25,446 nt of DNA from Candidatus Iainarchaeum sp. (GTDB lineage Archaea; Iainarchaeota; Iainarchaeia; JAADDC01). The position numbers and the translations under genes are program-made. Below are positions 23,726 through 25,446 of this stretch, in pieces (within the stretch, counting starts at the first letter, position 1; every line of letters starts with the position of its first letter). The stretch spans positions 1-25,446 of the forward strand of contig JAADDC010000063.1 in NCBI GenBank assembly GCA_013154145.1, written 5' to 3'. The notes under the pieces are model-generated. The model did not search any database. It saw nothing but the letters and a program-made list of their open reading frames with translations, and was not told the DNA's origin.

Positions 23726-25003
23726 ATGGCAAGGGAGAAGCCCCACCTGAACATCGTGTTTATAGGCCACGTGGACCACGGCAAGTCCACGACCATTGGT
23801 AGGCTTTTTTACGACCTTGGATTGATTGACGAGAGGACCCTGGAGGAGTACAGGAAGGAAGCAGAGGAGAAGGGCAAGGTCGGCTTCGAGTTCGCCTACG
23901 TCATGGACAGGCTCAAGGAGGAGAGGGAAAGAGGTATTACCATTGACATCGCCTACAGGGACTTCGAGACCAAGAAGTACTACTTCACCATCATCGACGC
24001 GCCTGGCCACCAGGACTTCGTCAAGAACATGATTACGGGTGCCTCCCAGGCAGACGCGGCCGTGCTGGTGGTGGCAGCGCCCGAGGGCATCATGCCCCAG
24101 ACCAGGGAGCACGCCATACTGGCAAAGACCCTGGGCATCAACCAGATCATCGTCTTCGTCAACAAGATGGACATGGTGAACTACGACAAGGCCAAGTTCG
24201 AGCAGCTCAAGGAGGAGCTCATGAAGTTCCTCCAGGGTATTGGCTACAGGCCCGAGCAGATCAAGGCCATCATACCCGGCTCCGCCCTCAAGGGCGACAA
24301 CGTGGTCAAGAAGTCCGAGAACATGCCCTGGTACAACGGTCCCACCCTCTACGAGGCCTTTGACCTCCTGGAGGAGCCACCGAGGCCCATCGACAAGCCC
24401 CTCAGGATACCCATCGAGAAGGCCCTCTCCATCAAGGGTGTGGGTACGGTGCTCACCGGCAGGGTGGAGTCCGGCATACTGAGGCCCGGTGACAAGATCA
24501 TCCTGCAGCCCATCGGCCTCACGGGCGAAGTGAAGTCCATCGAGATGCACCACCAGCCCCTGAACGAGGCAAGGCCCGGTGACAACATCGGCTTCAACGT
24601 CAAGGGCATCGGCAAGGACGACGTCAAGAGGGGTGACGTGGTGGGCCACGTGGACAACCCGCCCACGGTGGCAGAGAGGTTCACGGCACAGGTGATCGTC
24701 CTCTACCACCCCACGGCCATCACCGCAGGCTACACGCCCGTGTTCCACATCCACACGGCACAGGTGGCCGCCACCTTTGACAAGCTGCTGAAGAAGATGG
24801 ACCCCAGGACCGGCCAGGTGGTGGAGGAGAACCCACAGTTCCTCAAGACCGGTGACGCTGCCCTGGTGGAGATCGTGCCCACCAAGCCCGTGGTCGTCGA
24901 GAAGTTCCAGGACTTCCCAGCGCTGGGCAGGTTCGCCGTCCGTGACATGAGCAAGACCGTGGCCGTGGGCATCGTCAAGGACGTGGTGCCCAGGAGCAAG
25001 TGA
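23726..25003 (+). CDS. tuf: Translation elongation factor EF-1 alpha
   Basis: [71 protein letters not shown]; ATG 23726 after SD GGAGGTGA. Confidence 0.98.
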   Translation: MAREKPHLNIVFIGHVDHGKSTTIGRLFYDLGLIDERTLEEYRKEAEEKGKVGFEFAYVMDRLKEERERGITIDIAYRDFETKKYYFTIIDAPGHQDFVKNMITGASQADAAVLVVAAPEGIMPQTREHAILAKTLGINQIIVFVNKMDMVNYDKAKFEQLKEELMKFLQGIGYRPEQIKAIIPGSALKGDNVVKKSENMPWYNGPTLYEAFDLLEEPPRPIDKPLRIPIEKALSIKGVGTVLTGRVESGILRPGDKIILQPIGLTGEVKSIEMHHQPLNEARPGDNIGFNVKGIGKDDVKRGDVVGHVDNPPTVAERFTAQVIVLYHPTAITAGYTPVFHIHTAQVAATFDKLLKKMDPRTGQVVEENPQFLKTGDAALVEIVPTKPVVVEKFQDFPALGRFAVRDMSKTVAVGIVKDVVPRSK

Positions 25004-25028
25004 TCCCCCACCCCTTTCCTTTATCTTT
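25004..25028 (+). terminator. Pyrimidine/T-rich tract after tuf, possible partial terminator
   Basis: TCCCCCACCCCTTTCCTTTATCTTT between the tuf stop and the rps10 SD (GAGGTGA); no hairpin. Confidence 0.3.
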
Positions 25029-25039
25029 GAGGTGAGAGC

Positions 25040-25348
25040 ATGAAGGCCAGAATAAAGCTGTGGTCGACGGACTACAAGGTCCTTGAGCAGACCGTTGGCA
25101 TGATAAAGGAGACGGCCGAGCGCATGGGCGTGAAGGTCAGCGGCCCCATTCCCCTGCCCACCAAGAAGCTCAAGATAGCCGTGAGGTATTCTCCCGACGG
25201 ACAGGGCTCAGAAACCTACCAGCACTGGGAGATGAGGATCCACAAGCGCATCCTCGAAGTGCCCGCCGACGACAGGGTCATGAAGGCATTGCTCCGCATC
25301 CCCATCCCCGACAAGGTAAAAATAGAAATAAAGATGCTGAGCGAGTGA
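25040..25348 (+). CDS. rps10: 30S ribosomal protein uS10
   Basis: KARIKL.S, GVKVSGPIPLPTKKL, SPDG.GSET...WEMRIHKR, IPIPDKV.IEI. Confidence 0.97.
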   Translation: MKARIKLWSTDYKVLEQTVGMIKETAERMGVKVSGPIPLPTKKLKIAVRYSPDGQGSETYQHWEMRIHKRILEVPADDRVMKALLRIPIPDKVKIEIKMLSE

Positions 25349-25446
25349 TCACTCGACGACGTAGCCCGTGCCGTGGTGCTCGTGGTACAGCTTCACCAGC
25401 TCCTTGTAGAGTTTAAACATCCTCCGGGCAAATTCGTCGTCAACCC
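25349..25446 (-). CDS. 3' end of an unidentified convergent gene (truncated by window edge)
   Basis: Reverse frame reads ...VDDEFARRMFKLYKELVKLYHEHHGTGYVVE-stop with host-like codons; stop TGA (forward TCA 25349-25351) abuts the rps10 stop. Confidence 0.55.
   Translation of the reverse strand, partial: VDDEFARRMFKLYKELVKLYHEHHGTGYVVE

Noticed and set aside
21768-23732. 654-aa antisense ORF opposite EF-2, and similar long antisense or alternative-frame ORFs (291-1322, 3584-4561, 16005-17387, 17427-18311, 23630-24754)
   Set aside because: Shadow ORFs expected from strong C/G third-position bias; no motifs, atypical composition, fully overlapping conserved genes.
25349-25446. tRNA gene after rps10 (common in archaea)
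   Set aside because: No cloverleaf or TTCGAATC T-arm seen; the region reads as the 3' end of a convergent CDS.
1-25446. CRISPR arrays, IS elements, integrases, tandem DNA repeats, rRNA
   Set aside because: No regularly spaced direct repeats, terminal inverted repeats, transposase/integrase motifs or rRNA-like segments found by eye; coding density leaves no room.

Overview
GC-rich, very compact archaeal chromosomal segment. Gene content (split rpoB''/B' and rpoA'/A'', AMP phosphorylase, SepF, strongly diverged core proteins, overlapping genes) points to a DPANN-type and probably thermophilic archaeon; this is inference only. The right half (12.5-25.3 kb) is the canonical rpoH-rpoB''-rpoB'-rpoA'-rpoA''-rpl30e-nusA-rps12-rps7-EF2-EF1alpha-rps10 cluster, with unusual substitutions in the RNA polymerase bridge helix, trigger loop and Rpo2 motifs and in the uS12 decoding loops. 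The left half holds: a type IV pilin-like gene (partial); a YqfB-like ASCH protein divergent from AMP phosphorylase across a single TATA box; a coupled operon of orphan coiled-coil, Hel308, HerA/FtsK-family ATPase and catalytically degenerate RpiA; a PPP phosphatase; rpl44e; cdc6/orc1; and, divergent from cdc6, a sepF - membrane protein - ArlD/E-domain protein - minD cluster. The best candidate for an undescribed system links two of these loci. The HerA-like ATPase C-terminus (PepSY-like, wHTH, PepSY-like) and the membrane protein coupled to sepF carry the same twin PepSY-like module, which suggests a septum- or pole-anchored DNA-translocation or positioning machine. No rRNA, tRNA, CRISPR array, intein or mobile element was seen. 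All family assignments come from motif recognition and recalled reference sequences, not from database searches.
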